A stretch of 64,000 nt of DNA from Pirellulales bacterium. Its GTDB lineage: Bacteria > Planctomycetota > Planctomycetia > Pirellulales > PALSA-1355. Made by a program: the position numbers and the translations under genes. Below are positions 55,387 through 64,000 of the stretch, one piece after another. The notes beneath the pieces are model-generated. The model saw nothing but the letters and a program-made list of their open reading frames with translations. It did no database searches and was not told where the DNA came from. The stretch spans positions 2,048,001-2,112,000 of the forward strand of contig CAVTBU010000005.1 in assembly GCA_963733035.1 (NCBI GenBank). Direction: 5' to 3'. How positions within the stretch are numbered: position 1 is the first letter of the stretch; each line of letters opens with the position of its first letter.

Positions 55387-55797
55387 CTAGAGTGCGTAGC
55401 GACGACGGAAAAAGATGAGGAAATACACCAGCGCACCGACGGCCAAGGCAATCGCCGATGGCTCGGGGACCACGCTGATCATCCCTGGAGGGGCAGTTGC
55501 ACCGTGGCTCGACTTGGCGGCAAGCCCATCGTCGTCGATTCCAACGTGCGACGGTTCAGCCAATGTCACTGGCCATGAGTCTTCGGAGAGCGTGCCTGGC
55601 GTAACAGCCGGCCGATCACCTGTTGACACGGAAACTTCCGCGTCGCTGGTTCCGGTCTGCGGCTCGGCCGTGGTGCTGATCGTCACGGGCTTACCTGCCA
55701 ACAGGTCGTCCACCTGATCCGCATAACTGAAAGTGTCGCCAGCGTTTAGCGCTAAGAGAAGAGTGCCGATCACAATAGCGGTCCGGGTGGTCTTCAT
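55387..55797 (-). CDS. Small PEP-CTERM (exosortase-sorted) protein
   Basis: Signal peptide MKTTRTAIVIGTLLLAL; C-terminal VPEPSAIALAVGALVYFLIFFRRR. Confidence 0.85.
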   Translation of the reverse strand: MKTTRTAIVIGTLLLALNAGDTFSYADQVDDLLAGKPVTISTTAEPQTGTSDAEVSVSTGDRPAVTPGTLSEDSWPVTLAEPSHVGIDDDGLAAKSSHGATAPPGMISVVPEPSAIALAVGALVYFLIFFRRRYAL

Positions 55798-56176
55798 CAG
55801 CGACCCTTCCACGTGCTTTGGCTCTTGCATCGATAGATTTCCGGTCTCGGCGATTCATCCAAAATGCCATAACTTGATGGCACACCGCCGAAATCAACCA
55901 TGTGACACATTATGTCAACGATAAAACGGACTGCAACCAGAAAATTCCCGAACTTAAGGATTTTTAGCGCAAATACGCCAATCACCGTCCGGTATTACGC
56001 TCCACGGCAAATATGTGGAGCGAATGCCAAGATTCAGCGGCCGCGAGTTCCTTCCAGTGGTTCTTTAACAGATCATCCCCGCAGTCCGAAACCACCCCGT
56101 CGAAAATCCGGGCTCCCCCTCCAGGCTGCCAGCATTCCGCGGTTGCACGGATCGTCGCCCCGAGGCGCTTTCCCAG

Positions 56177-57664
56177 TCAATTCCCTTCGCGCGCCGAGCG
56201 CTTCATGAGTTCAATATTTCGCTCGGTGTCACTTGGCCCCTTGGCCGACTTCCGCCGCCCCCCCAGGTACACGGCCATGTCGCTGTCGTACATCGCCTCC
56301 GGTTCGGGCTGGCGTCCGAAGTCACCGGTGGACGTCTCCCAAGCCGCAAGACGCTCGCGAAGTTGCCCAAGCACCGCCGAATAATCCGGATTGTCGGCCA
56401 GGTTCGTCAACTCATGCGGATCCGCTTCGAGGTCGTACAACTCCTCGGCCGGACGCGTGGGAGCAAACAGCAGCTTCTCTTGAAGTTGATTGAGTTGACC
56501 GTCTGCGTGCAGCTCGCGCAGCCGCTGAATGATCGCTTTGCCGTCCTTGTATGCGTTTGGCTGCAAGTGTGGTCGTTGGTTCAGATAGTTGCGGATGTAC
56601 TTAAACTGCTCGGTGCGCACGGCACGAATGTGCTCCACCGTCTCATCGCAACGGTCGCGAGCGGAGAATACCGCGTCGCGCGGCCGATAGTCCGTCGCCA
56701 ACAGATCGCGGCCTTGCATCCACTTGGGCACGTCGATGCCGGCGAGCGCCAATGATGTCGCGGTCATATCAATGTGCTCGATCAGATCGTCGCGAACGGC
56801 ACCGGCCGGGATACCCGGCCCACGAATCACAAACGGCACGTGAATTCCTTCGTCGTACAGGAACTGTTTTCCGCGGGCATGGCTGATACCGTGATCGGTC
56901 ATGAAAAACACGACCGTCTCGTCGAGGATTCCTTCGTTTTCGAGCCGCATCATGACGTCGCCAACTTCCTTGTCGGTGTAACGCACGGAGTCGAGATAAC
57001 GAGCCCAATCTTCCACGAGCACAGGGTCGCGCGGATAGTATGGCGGCAAAACGACCACCTCGGGTGACACGTTGCTGCCTAGTTCGCGAAACACCCGCTT
57101 CGCCCAGGCGTCGTATTGCTGGGGATGAGCGCCGCGGTACTTGCCGCCATGCAGCTCAACTTGCATGAAGAACGGTTGGCCTGGCTGGCGGCCTGCCCAG
57201 TCGCCTGCATCGTAAATCGCCGGATCCCACTCGAAGTTGTAGTCGGTTTTGCCCAGCCGCCCGGATTTAACTCCTGGCCCACCGATGCATGTGTAGTATC
57301 CCGCCCGCTTGAACAGCGCCGGCACCGGTTCCACGCCGTCTGGCAAATGAATCTTGAGTTCACCGCGTCCGCTACGGTGATGATGCGCACCGATGGTGGT
57401 TTGGTAGCAACCGGTGATCAATGCGGAGCGGCACGGCGAACATACGGGAGCTGTGACAAACGCCCTGGTAAACCTCGTACCCTCTCGTGCCAAGCGATCG
57501 ACGTAAGGCGTCTTGATGGCCGTCTCGCCATAGCAGGAAAAGTTCGCCGACATGTCGTCGACGAAAATCCAGACAATGTTGGGCCGCGCCGCCGGAGCGG
57601 AATGAACTGGCACAACGTTCAACGTAACGACCAGCAGGAGAGACAAACGGAGTCTTCGGAGCAT
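56177..57664 (-). CDS. Exported sulfatase (formylglycine-dependent, Cys type)
   Basis: RPNIVWIFVDD, CSPCRSALITG (CxPxR), TDHG, YDEGIHVPF, ELYDLEADPHE. Confidence 0.93.
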   Translation of the reverse strand: MLRRLRLSLLLVVTLNVVPVHSAPAARPNIVWIFVDDMSANFSCYGETAIKTPYVDRLAREGTRFTRAFVTAPVCSPCRSALITGCYQTTIGAHHHRSGRGELKIHLPDGVEPVPALFKRAGYYTCIGGPGVKSGRLGKTDYNFEWDPAIYDAGDWAGRQPGQPFFMQVELHGGKYRGAHPQQYDAWAKRVFRELGSNVSPEVVVLPPYYPRDPVLVEDWARYLDSVRYTDKEVGDVMMRLENEGILDETVVFFMTDHGISHARGKQFLYDEGIHVPFVIRGPGIPAGAVRDDLIEHIDMTATSLALAGIDVPKWMQGRDLLATDYRPRDAVFSARDRCDETVEHIRAVRTEQFKYIRNYLNQRPHLQPNAYKDGKAIIQRLRELHADGQLNQLQEKLLFAPTRPAEELYDLEADPHELTNLADNPDYSAVLGQLRERLAAWETSTGDFGRQPEPEAMYDSDMAVYLGGRRKSAKGPSDTERNIELMKRSAREGN

Positions 57665-57863
57665 CGACGGAAACCTCCAGTGCAATGGTTGGCACGCGGG
57701 CTGGCTACCAGCCTAATAGAGCGCACTGGCCGGCTCAAATCGCAACCCCCGGACAGCCCGTTCCTGCTCGGCGCCGTCCCGTGGTGCGCCCACTTCCTTT
57801 TGCGACGTCGCTCGCATGCCGGCCGGGGTTGGAGCGTCAATTGACGGACGGAAATCAAAGATG

Positions 57864-57902
57864 TTGACACGACGTGTTATTTCGACAATACTGTCGAAAT
57901 AA
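57864..57902 (+). promoter_or_regulatory. Sigma-70 promoter overlapped by a perfect inverted repeat (putative TetR operator)
   Basis: TTGACA (57864-57869)-N17-AATACT (57887-57892); TTATTTCGACA-atac-TGTCGAAATAA at 57877-57902, ending 17 nt before the tetR ATG. Confidence 0.8.
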
Positions 57903-57919
57903 GGTTGAGGGACTTCGAT

Positions 57920-58501
57920 ATGCCGAAACTCGTCGACCACGACAGCCTGCGGCGTCAAATTCGTGCGGCCGCGACAGAGGTATTTGCCGCGCGCGGCGTC
58001 AAAGGCACTGGCCTGGCTCACGTTGCCGACGCGATGGGCATTGGCCGCTCAAGTCTCTACCACTACTACTCCGACAAGGCCACGCTGATTGCGGATATCG
58101 CCAGTGATCTGCTTGCGCGGGAAGCCAAGATGTTCCGCGAAGCCTTGGAGGATGACCGACCCGTTGAACAGAGACTAAACACGTTAATCCGCCAGCTCAC
58201 AAGCGTACTGGACGAGTGGGCCGCGGTCGGACCGGCAGTGCTCGATCTGCGCTCGGTAACGAGTCCTCAGTTCCGGAAGTTTTACCGTCGGATCCGTCAG
58301 GACCTGGCCGCGCTTATTGCCGAAGGGCAGCGGGCTGGCCAGTTTGGAACGCAACTCAGCGCGGACCACGCCTCGAGCCTTGTCATTGCAATCGTCGACG
58401 GATTGCTACTGCAGTACATGGCCGATGCGCGGGCGATTCCTCGCGGTCGACAACTTGAGCGTCTTTTGGCATGGTCCATTTGGAGACTCCTTCAGCCATG
58501 A
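57920..58501 (+). CDS. TetR/AcrR family transcriptional regulator
   Basis: MPKLVDHD..RRQIRAAATEVFAARG..GTGLAHVADAMGIGRSSLYHYYSDK HTH. Confidence 0.93.
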   Translation: MPKLVDHDSLRRQIRAAATEVFAARGVKGTGLAHVADAMGIGRSSLYHYYSDKATLIADIASDLLAREAKMFREALEDDRPVEQRLNTLIRQLTSVLDEWAAVGPAVLDLRSVTSPQFRKFYRRIRQDLAALIAEGQRAGQFGTQLSADHASSLVIAIVDGLLLQYMADARAIPRGRQLERLLAWSIWRLLQP

Positions 58502-59147
58502 GCACACTTGCGCTAATGCGATGGCTTGAGTCGGCTCCCGATCGCTACGACTGGGGAATGATTGCACTGACGCTTGGACGGGTGCGCGAGCTTCATCGGG
58601 CCATCGCCACCGCGGCGGTGCGCTCGGCCGGCACCAGGGTGCTCGAAATCGGCTGCGGAACGGGAACGGTTACGTGGTTGATGGCCGAATTGGGCGCGAT
58701 TGTAACCGGCGTCGACCAGAATCCGCAAATGCTTGAAATCGCCCGTCAGCGACTGACGAAGTATGCCGGGATTGAATTCGTCGAACAGACCGCCGCGGAA
58801 ATCGACTCATTTGGCGACGGCGCCTTCGACGCGGTCGTGGCAAGCCTGTCGCTGTCAGAAATGTCGAGCGATGAGCGAATCTATGTGTTCCAGCAGGCCA
58901 GAAAGCTGCTCGCCGACAATGGAGTTTTGGTGGTCGGCGACGAAGTGATTGCCCGGCCCTATTGGGCCCGAGTGTTGCAATTTGTCCTGCGACTGCCTCA
59001 AGCGCTAATGGGCTGGATTCTGGTTGGCAGCGTCTCGCGCCCATCCGCGATCTGCCCGGCGAATTACATCGCGCTGGCTTCGAAGTACGGCAAGAACGGT
59101 TCTTCCTAATGCGAACATTGACGGTAGTCGTTGCCGAGCCCGAATGA
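58498..59147 (+). CDS. Class I SAM methyltransferase, CpaM-like (corrinoid protein-associated); one C missing near 59041
   Basis: MSTLALMRWLESAPDRYDWG, VLEIGCGTG (motif I), GVDQNPQML, FDAVVASLSLSEM. C-terminus IRDLPGELHRAGF...VVAEPE* lies in the next frame. ATGA overlaps at both ends. Confidence 0.8.
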
Positions 59148-60271
59148 TGCGTACACTTCCCAAACGCTTCGTGCATCTATTGCTGGATGTTCTTCAGACC
59201 ATCTTCCGCATGCTTCCGTGGCCCACGCAGACCGGGTTGCGAATCATCGGAAACCCAGGACCCACGAGTCCCGTGTTGATCACGGGGAACTACGATTTGA
59301 CCGTGCGTCGCCTGTTGCGCGCCATGCGGGGATACGACGCCTGGCTGATCGTCGCGCCGTCGCAGGGCGTCAACGTCTGGTGTGCCGCGGCGGGCGGACA
59401 TTTCGGAACGCATCAGGTCGTCACCGCAATCAAGACCTCGGGCATCGAACAGCGCGTTCAGCACCGCCATGCGATTCTGCCGCAATTGGCCGGCACGGGC
59501 GTTGTCGCGCAAGATGTCGCTCGCCGCGTCGGCTGGCGCGTGGCATTTGGTCCCGTTTACGCGAAGGATTTGCCGGCCTTTCTCAACGCCGGACAGCAAG
59601 CCACCGCCGCGATGCGCCGCGCCCATTTCACGCCGCGCGAGCGGCTGGAAATGATGATCGCCTGGGCGGCACCGACCAGCCTCGTGTTGGCCATTGGTTT
59701 TGGCCTCCTTGCGAGGGAGTGGCTCTTACCGGTGCTGGTTCTCACCTGGATCTTGGCCGCGACCGTTTACCTATTTGTATTCGAGTGGATCCCCGGCCCT
59801 CGCAAAGTCGTGCTGGCCGCAATTTCGACGGGCCTGGCCTCCGCCTACGTTTTCACCACTGGCGGGAGCACCCTGACAACCGTCGCTGCCGGAGTCATCG
59901 CGTTCGGCCTCGCGTGGCTGCTGTCCTTCGATTACACCGGCTCGACACCCGATCACGCGGTCGATCATTTTGACGAATCGGACTTTCACATCGCGCTGGA
60001 CAAGGACCGCTGCACCGGTGCGTTCGTGTGCTTGAAAGTCTGCCCCGAGGGCGTGTTCGAACCAGCAGCCAAGGCGAAGAAGATCGACCTCGTGCATGGC
60101 GAACAATGCGTGCGCTGCGCGGCCTGCATTGTCCAGTGTCCAAGAGATGCGCTTTTTCTAGAAGACCATCAAGGCCGCCGTATCACGCCTGACGTCATTC
60201 GTCAATTCAAGCTCAATCTGCTCGGCCGTCGCGCGACTGTGGCGGCCGGCTCGAATACGTCACGCGAATAA
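59144..60271 (+). CDS. Fused HgcAB-like protein: corrinoid-binding (CdhD/HgcA-like) domain, about 4 TM helices, ferredoxin domain
   Basis: IGNPGPTSPVLITGNYDLT, GVNVWCAAAGGHFGT cap helix, ILPQLAGTGV, FGPVYAKDLPAFL; hydrophobic helices; CTGAFVCLKVCP and CVRCAACIVQCP. Confidence 0.88.
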   Translation: MMRTLPKRFVHLLLDVLQTIFRMLPWPTQTGLRIIGNPGPTSPVLITGNYDLTVRRLLRAMRGYDAWLIVAPSQGVNVWCAAAGGHFGTHQVVTAIKTSGIEQRVQHRHAILPQLAGTGVVAQDVARRVGWRVAFGPVYAKDLPAFLNAGQQATAAMRRAHFTPRERLEMMIAWAAPTSLVLAIGFGLLAREWLLPVLVLTWILAATVYLFVFEWIPGPRKVVLAAISTGLASAYVFTTGGSTLTTVAAGVIAFGLAWLLSFDYTGSTPDHAVDHFDESDFHIALDKDRCTGAFVCLKVCPEGVFEPAAKAKKIDLVHGEQCVRCAACIVQCPRDALFLEDHQGRRITPDVIRQFKLNLLGRRATVAAGSNTSRE

Positions 60272-60327
60272 GTCGCGTGGCCGAGTGAATTCCGTGACTC
60301 GTGGCACCGCTCCAACTGGGCACTCCG

Positions 60328-61323
60328 TCACTTCGACGCGGCCTTTTCCGACGGGTACTTTTCGTCAAAACGTTTCATGATTTCCTTCCAGTTGGTGAAC
60401 AGCACTCCCTCGCGTTCGAAGAAAGCCAGCACGTCCGGGTCGTCGAACATCTGGGCTTCCCAGCTTCGTTGTCGCCAGCTGCCAGTAATGTGCTTGAGAC
60501 CCTCGGTCAGCGTGGAGGGATGAAAGATAATCTCGTTCAACCCCGGCGAAAGCGAACGCATGAGTTCGTAAAACTTCTGTTTCTTGTCTTCGTAATTTTC
60601 TCCGTCGAGCGTGGAGTTGAAGTCGTCGAGCTTCGGCAGCTTATAGTTCTGCATCAACTCCAGGCCTTGTTTCGTGATCGGGTAGCCCTTCTTGCGAAAC
60701 TTTTCAATCACAGCGGGCGTCGGCTCCACGACCATCGCGGGAATGTGGTACTCCTCCGCCACGGTCATGTAGGCCTTCGTATAGTCAGGACGCGCGTAGA
60801 GCGTGCCCATGTGGGTGTCGATATGGCTGGGGCGAATACCGCGCGAAATGGCTCGTTCGACCTGAGCACGGATTTCCGTTTCGATCTCCTCGGCCGAGGC
60901 ATGCGTGGCTGTGTCGATCACGTCGCGACGGAGATAGCCGTCTTCGTCGACCATGCCGGGTACCTTGTCCTTGCCGGCCACGGGCGGCCAGCGGTACCAC
61001 TTCCATTCGCTGTTCATCGCCAAGTGCAGCCCCATGTCGTGCTGCGGATTCTCCTTGTACCAATTGGCGATTTCGTTGAACCAAGGGCAGGGGACCATCA
61101 TTGCGGCCGATTGAATCCGCCCGTTCGACAGGTAGTTCTTGGCCGCGTCGTTCGCCTCGTAGCACATGCCAATGTCGTCGGCATGCAGGATCAGAACGAT
61201 CTTGCCCGAGGGATAGCCGAGTTTTTCGGCCCAGGTTTCGGCACGCGCCGAGAGCGACGCGGCGAGAGTAACGAATCCAAACAAAACGGCGAAGCGAAAC
61301 CAGGACGAAGTTGAGCGATGCAT
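60328..61323 (-). CDS. Exported YdjC/ChbG-family carbohydrate deacetylase
   Basis: LILHADDIGMC, MVPCPWF, GLHL, PSHIDTHMG, EIIFHP; signal peptide. Confidence 0.85.
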   Translation of the reverse strand: MHRSTSSWFRFAVLFGFVTLAASLSARAETWAEKLGYPSGKIVLILHADDIGMCYEANDAAKNYLSNGRIQSAAMMVPCPWFNEIANWYKENPQHDMGLHLAMNSEWKWYRWPPVAGKDKVPGMVDEDGYLRRDVIDTATHASAEEIETEIRAQVERAISRGIRPSHIDTHMGTLYARPDYTKAYMTVAEEYHIPAMVVEPTPAVIEKFRKKGYPITKQGLELMQNYKLPKLDDFNSTLDGENYEDKKQKFYELMRSLSPGLNEIIFHPSTLTEGLKHITGSWRQRSWEAQMFDDPDVLAFFEREGVLFTNWKEIMKRFDEKYPSEKAASK

Positions 61324-61497
61324 GACTTGGAAGATCCCGGGGAGAGCGGACGATGATGGTTGGCCACCGCACGCGGGCGGCGAGTTCGATTGTGGATGCC
61401 GGTCGCGCGGGCGTCAAGCAATAGCGAGTCCCCTTGCGCGATGGCTGGCCGCCGTCCGGTCAGGCTGCGAAAAGATCGCTTCGCAATCAGAGTTTGA

Positions 61498-62580
61498 CTA
61501 CGGCCTACCCCCTGTGATTGCCGATTCGTCGAACGTAGCCACGTTAATCTGGCTCCGCGCGTGCGATGTGTACACCAGGCGAATCTTGCCGTCCTTGCCC
61601 TGAATGGCATACGGATAGGCATAGTCAAAGTCACCGGTCGCGATATTCCGGCGGTGTGGCCAGGTCTTGCCGCCGTCGGTCGAAATGGCGGCGGTCAAGG
61701 GCGTCCTGTTGACTGGGCTGTCGTTGTACACGAGCAGCAAATGTCCATTCTTCAGCTTCAGCAGGTCGACGGCGGCGTTTGGATTGGGAAACTCAGTGTC
61801 GGTTCCTTCGCTCCAAGTTTGCCCGCCATCGTGCGACTCAGCCCGGACGATGAATCCCTCGGTCCCCGGGCCATAACCGCCCCCACGGCGACAATAGGCT
61901 AGCAGGTCGTTCTCGGTCAATTGAACCACCGACGGCTGAATATTGCCGCGCTTCGAGCGAATCGGCTCCGAGCGGTTCCATCGCTTGGTCTTCGGATTGA
62001 ATCGCAAGAACAGCGACACGCTGTCCGAACCCACCAGTTCGGTATCGTGCCCGGTTTCACGATAGACCGGTAGCAGATACTCGCCGCTCTCGAGCAACAG
62101 AGGTCGGCTGCGAACCATCATGCCTTCTTCGAGGGCCACCAAAAAGGAATCGCTCCAGGTATGTCCGCGATCATGCGAAAGCTTGGCAGCGATTCGCGAC
62201 GTGCTCCAGGTATCGCCGAACCGCACGACGTAAAACAACCACACGACGCCGTCGGGGGCTTGCCACACCACGGCGTTGCCGTCGGAATAGAAGGGCGTGT
62301 CGGCAATGACCTCGGGCTCAGACCATTTGGATTCGCCCACCTTCTTGCGCATGCCGTAGTCGGCGGTCACGTCGGCATACTCGCCGTCGCCACCGTAATA
62401 CGCGATGTATAAGTCGCCGTTGTCGAACTCTTCGATTGTCGCCGGATGCTTATACTTGCCGGGATATTCGGGGCCAATCACTCGCTCGAATTGAATATCA
62501 TCGGCCGCTTCGGCAAGCGGCGCCGCTACCAGGCTAGCGGCGAGGGACAGAAACAGAACGGGTAGAACAGGGAACTTCAT
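61498..62580 (-). CDS. Exported BNR/Asp-box sialidase-like beta-propeller protein
   Basis: Asp boxes SHDRGHTW, SHDGGQTW, STDGGKTW; FPNPNAA, RTPL, YAYP; signal peptide. Confidence 0.85.
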   Translation of the reverse strand: MKFPVLPVLFLSLAASLVAAPLAEAADDIQFERVIGPEYPGKYKHPATIEEFDNGDLYIAYYGGDGEYADVTADYGMRKKVGESKWSEPEVIADTPFYSDGNAVVWQAPDGVVWLFYVVRFGDTWSTSRIAAKLSHDRGHTWSDSFLVALEEGMMVRSRPLLLESGEYLLPVYRETGHDTELVGSDSVSLFLRFNPKTKRWNRSEPIRSKRGNIQPSVVQLTENDLLAYCRRGGGYGPGTEGFIVRAESHDGGQTWSEGTDTEFPNPNAAVDLLKLKNGHLLLVYNDSPVNRTPLTAAISTDGGKTWPHRRNIATGDFDYAYPYAIQGKDGKIRLVYTSHARSQINVATFDESAITGGRP

Positions 62581-62638
62581 CGGTGCAACTCAGCGGTGGG
62601 GCTCGATTGAGGTTTGGCGGTGGCTGTTCAGTATACCC

Positions 62639-63655
62639 TCAATCGTCGTACAGCATCACCATTGTCCGTCCATCGGATGTAACGTAGCCTCGGAACAAGC
62701 CGGGCGTATTGAACGGGGCCGTGAATTGACCATCCGCGCCGAGGGCGATCACACCCCCTTCGCCGCCGGCCGGTTTGAGCTTCTTTTGGATCACTTCGGC
62801 GGCCGCCGCTTCGATCGACATTCCCCTGTATTTCATCAGCGCGGCGATGTCGTGGCAGGCGGCGTAGCGAATGAAGTATTCGCCCTCGCCGGTCCCGGAC
62901 ACCGCACACACGCCATTCTCGGCATAGGTGCCGGCACCGACGATCGGTGAGTCGCCGATGCGGCCGTACATCTTGTTGTTGCGGCCACCGGTCGAGGTGG
63001 CGGCCGCCAAATTGCCTGCCGTGTCGCGGGCAACGGCTCCGACAGTTCCCCAGGGTTCTTTCTCCGTCAGCTCGGTACTCGCTTGCCGCTTGGCCTCCTC
63101 GGCTTCACGCTGCCAAACTTTTTGAATTTGCCGCCAGCGTCGTTCGGTCCAGAAGTAGGCCGGATCGACGGTTTCCAAGCCCACCTTGGCGGCGAACACT
63201 TCGGCGCCCCGTCCGGCAAGAATCACGTGCTTCGTCTTCTCCATCACGGCGCGGGCCGCGGTGACCGGATTCTTGATGACCGTGACACTGGCAACGGCTC
63301 CTGCCTGCAGGTTGCGGCCGTCCATGATCGAGGCGTCCATCTCGTTCTGGCCTTCGTGCGTGAACACCGCGCCTTTGCCAGCATTAAAGTGGGGCGAGTC
63401 TTCCAATACCCGCACCGCCGCCTCGACGGCGTCGAGTGCCGTGCCGCCAGATCGCTTGAGCACCGCTTGGCCGGTTTCCAGAGCCCGTTGCATGTCGGCT
63501 CGCACCAACTTTTCGAGCTCTGGCGAGAGCTCCGCCCGGGCGCCAGCCGCGCCGCCATGTATCGCCAGCACAACATTCGGCACGGGCGAGTCGGCCGAAA
63601 CGACCGAAGCCACGACGGCCACCATGAGAAGCGAGAATAACAGACTTTGCAGCAT
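62639..63655 (-). CDS. iaaA: Isoaspartyl peptidase/L-asparaginase (Ntn hydrolase) with signal peptide
   Basis: LAIHGGA, FNAGKGAV, EMDASIMDG, GTVGAVA (Thr nucleophile), ATSTGG, GRIGDSP, SGTGEGE. Confidence 0.9.
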   Translation of the reverse strand: MLQSLLFSLLMVAVVASVVSADSPVPNVVLAIHGGAAGARAELSPELEKLVRADMQRALETGQAVLKRSGGTALDAVEAAVRVLEDSPHFNAGKGAVFTHEGQNEMDASIMDGRNLQAGAVASVTVIKNPVTAARAVMEKTKHVILAGRGAEVFAAKVGLETVDPAYFWTERRWRQIQKVWQREAEEAKRQASTELTEKEPWGTVGAVARDTAGNLAAATSTGGRNNKMYGRIGDSPIVGAGTYAENGVCAVSGTGEGEYFIRYAACHDIAALMKYRGMSIEAAAAEVIQKKLKPAGGEGGVIALGADGQFTAPFNTPGLFRGYVTSDGRTMVMLYDD

Positions 63656-63835
63656 GAGCACGGCCCTCAAAACTTGAAGAAGCCAACGGGGCGGAACGGC
63701 AAAATGCCGCGATTCAGGATATGCGGGGACAACGTCGCGATCAAACTGGAGTTCGCCCCGTTTACAGCGCGCGCTAAGTTTCCGATGATGCAGATCGTAC
63801 TTGCCTCTCCAGCACCTGTGTCACCCGGCATTTCC

Positions 63836-64000
63836 ATGTCTGATTCTGTCGAATCCTCCCCCGTGGCCGAACCATGCGAGGCTGCGCCGCGTGAAACCGC
63901 TGTCGGCTTTGCCACCTCGCAGGTCACTCTCAAGCCGCGCAAGGCACGACCGTTTTATGGCCGGCACCCGTGGGTGCTCGATTCGGCGGTGGCGCGTGTC
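63836..64000 (+). CDS. RlmI-like class I SAM-dependent rRNA methyltransferase (5' fragment, runs off the window)
   Basis: Manual translation MSDSVESS...VTLKPRKARPFYGRHPWVLDSAVARV, matching the PUA-domain HPWV start of RlmI-like enzymes. Confidence 0.65.
   Translation, partial: MSDSVESSPVAEPCEAAPRETAVGFATSQVTLKPRKARPFYGRHPWVLDSAVARV

Noticed and set aside
57665..57863. Cobalamin riboswitch upstream of the corrinoid operon
   Set aside because: Only a loose GC hairpin (CAACCCCCGG...CCGGGGTTG) is visible; no recognisable B12-box, and it lies upstream of the predicted promoter.
59144..60271. Calling the organism a mercury methylator (bona fide hgcA/hgcB)
   Set aside because: Fused architecture, non-canonical cap helix, altered ferredoxin motifs and no HgcB C-terminal cysteines; fused homologues are not validated methylators.

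Overview
GC-rich bacterial window that looks like a planctomycete (Pirellulales-like: PEP-CTERM protein, sulfatase, acidic NusG extension, HTH-extended sigma-70, gene order). About 1-35 kb (minus strand) is the core translation/transcription supercluster: tRNA-Thr/Tyr/Gly/Thr, tuf, tRNA-Trp, secE, nusG, rplKAJL, rpoBC, rpsL-rpsG-fusA, the S10/spc genes, secY, adk, map, rpmJ, rpsM/K/D and a 3'-truncated rpoA. About 35-64 kb is mixed: an unusual sigma-70, rpmA-obgE-coaX-mnmE-like, a TPR protein and fxsA. It also holds a circularly permuted ATP-grasp/alpha-E/transglutaminase operon with a sigma-54-type promoter, a mini PEP-CTERM gene, a sulfatase, and secreted YdjC/BNR/asparaginase genes. The most interesting locus is a TetR - SAM methyltransferase (CpaM-like) - fused HgcAB-like corrinoid/ferredoxin operon, with a perfect 11-bp inverted-repeat operator over its promoter. 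Nine 1-2 base indels break eight genes, seven of them core genes. All nine sit within a few bases of a GCGC tetramer, which points to long-read consensus errors, possibly at methylated GCGC sites, rather than pseudogenes. All calls come from reading motifs by eye; no database searches were run.
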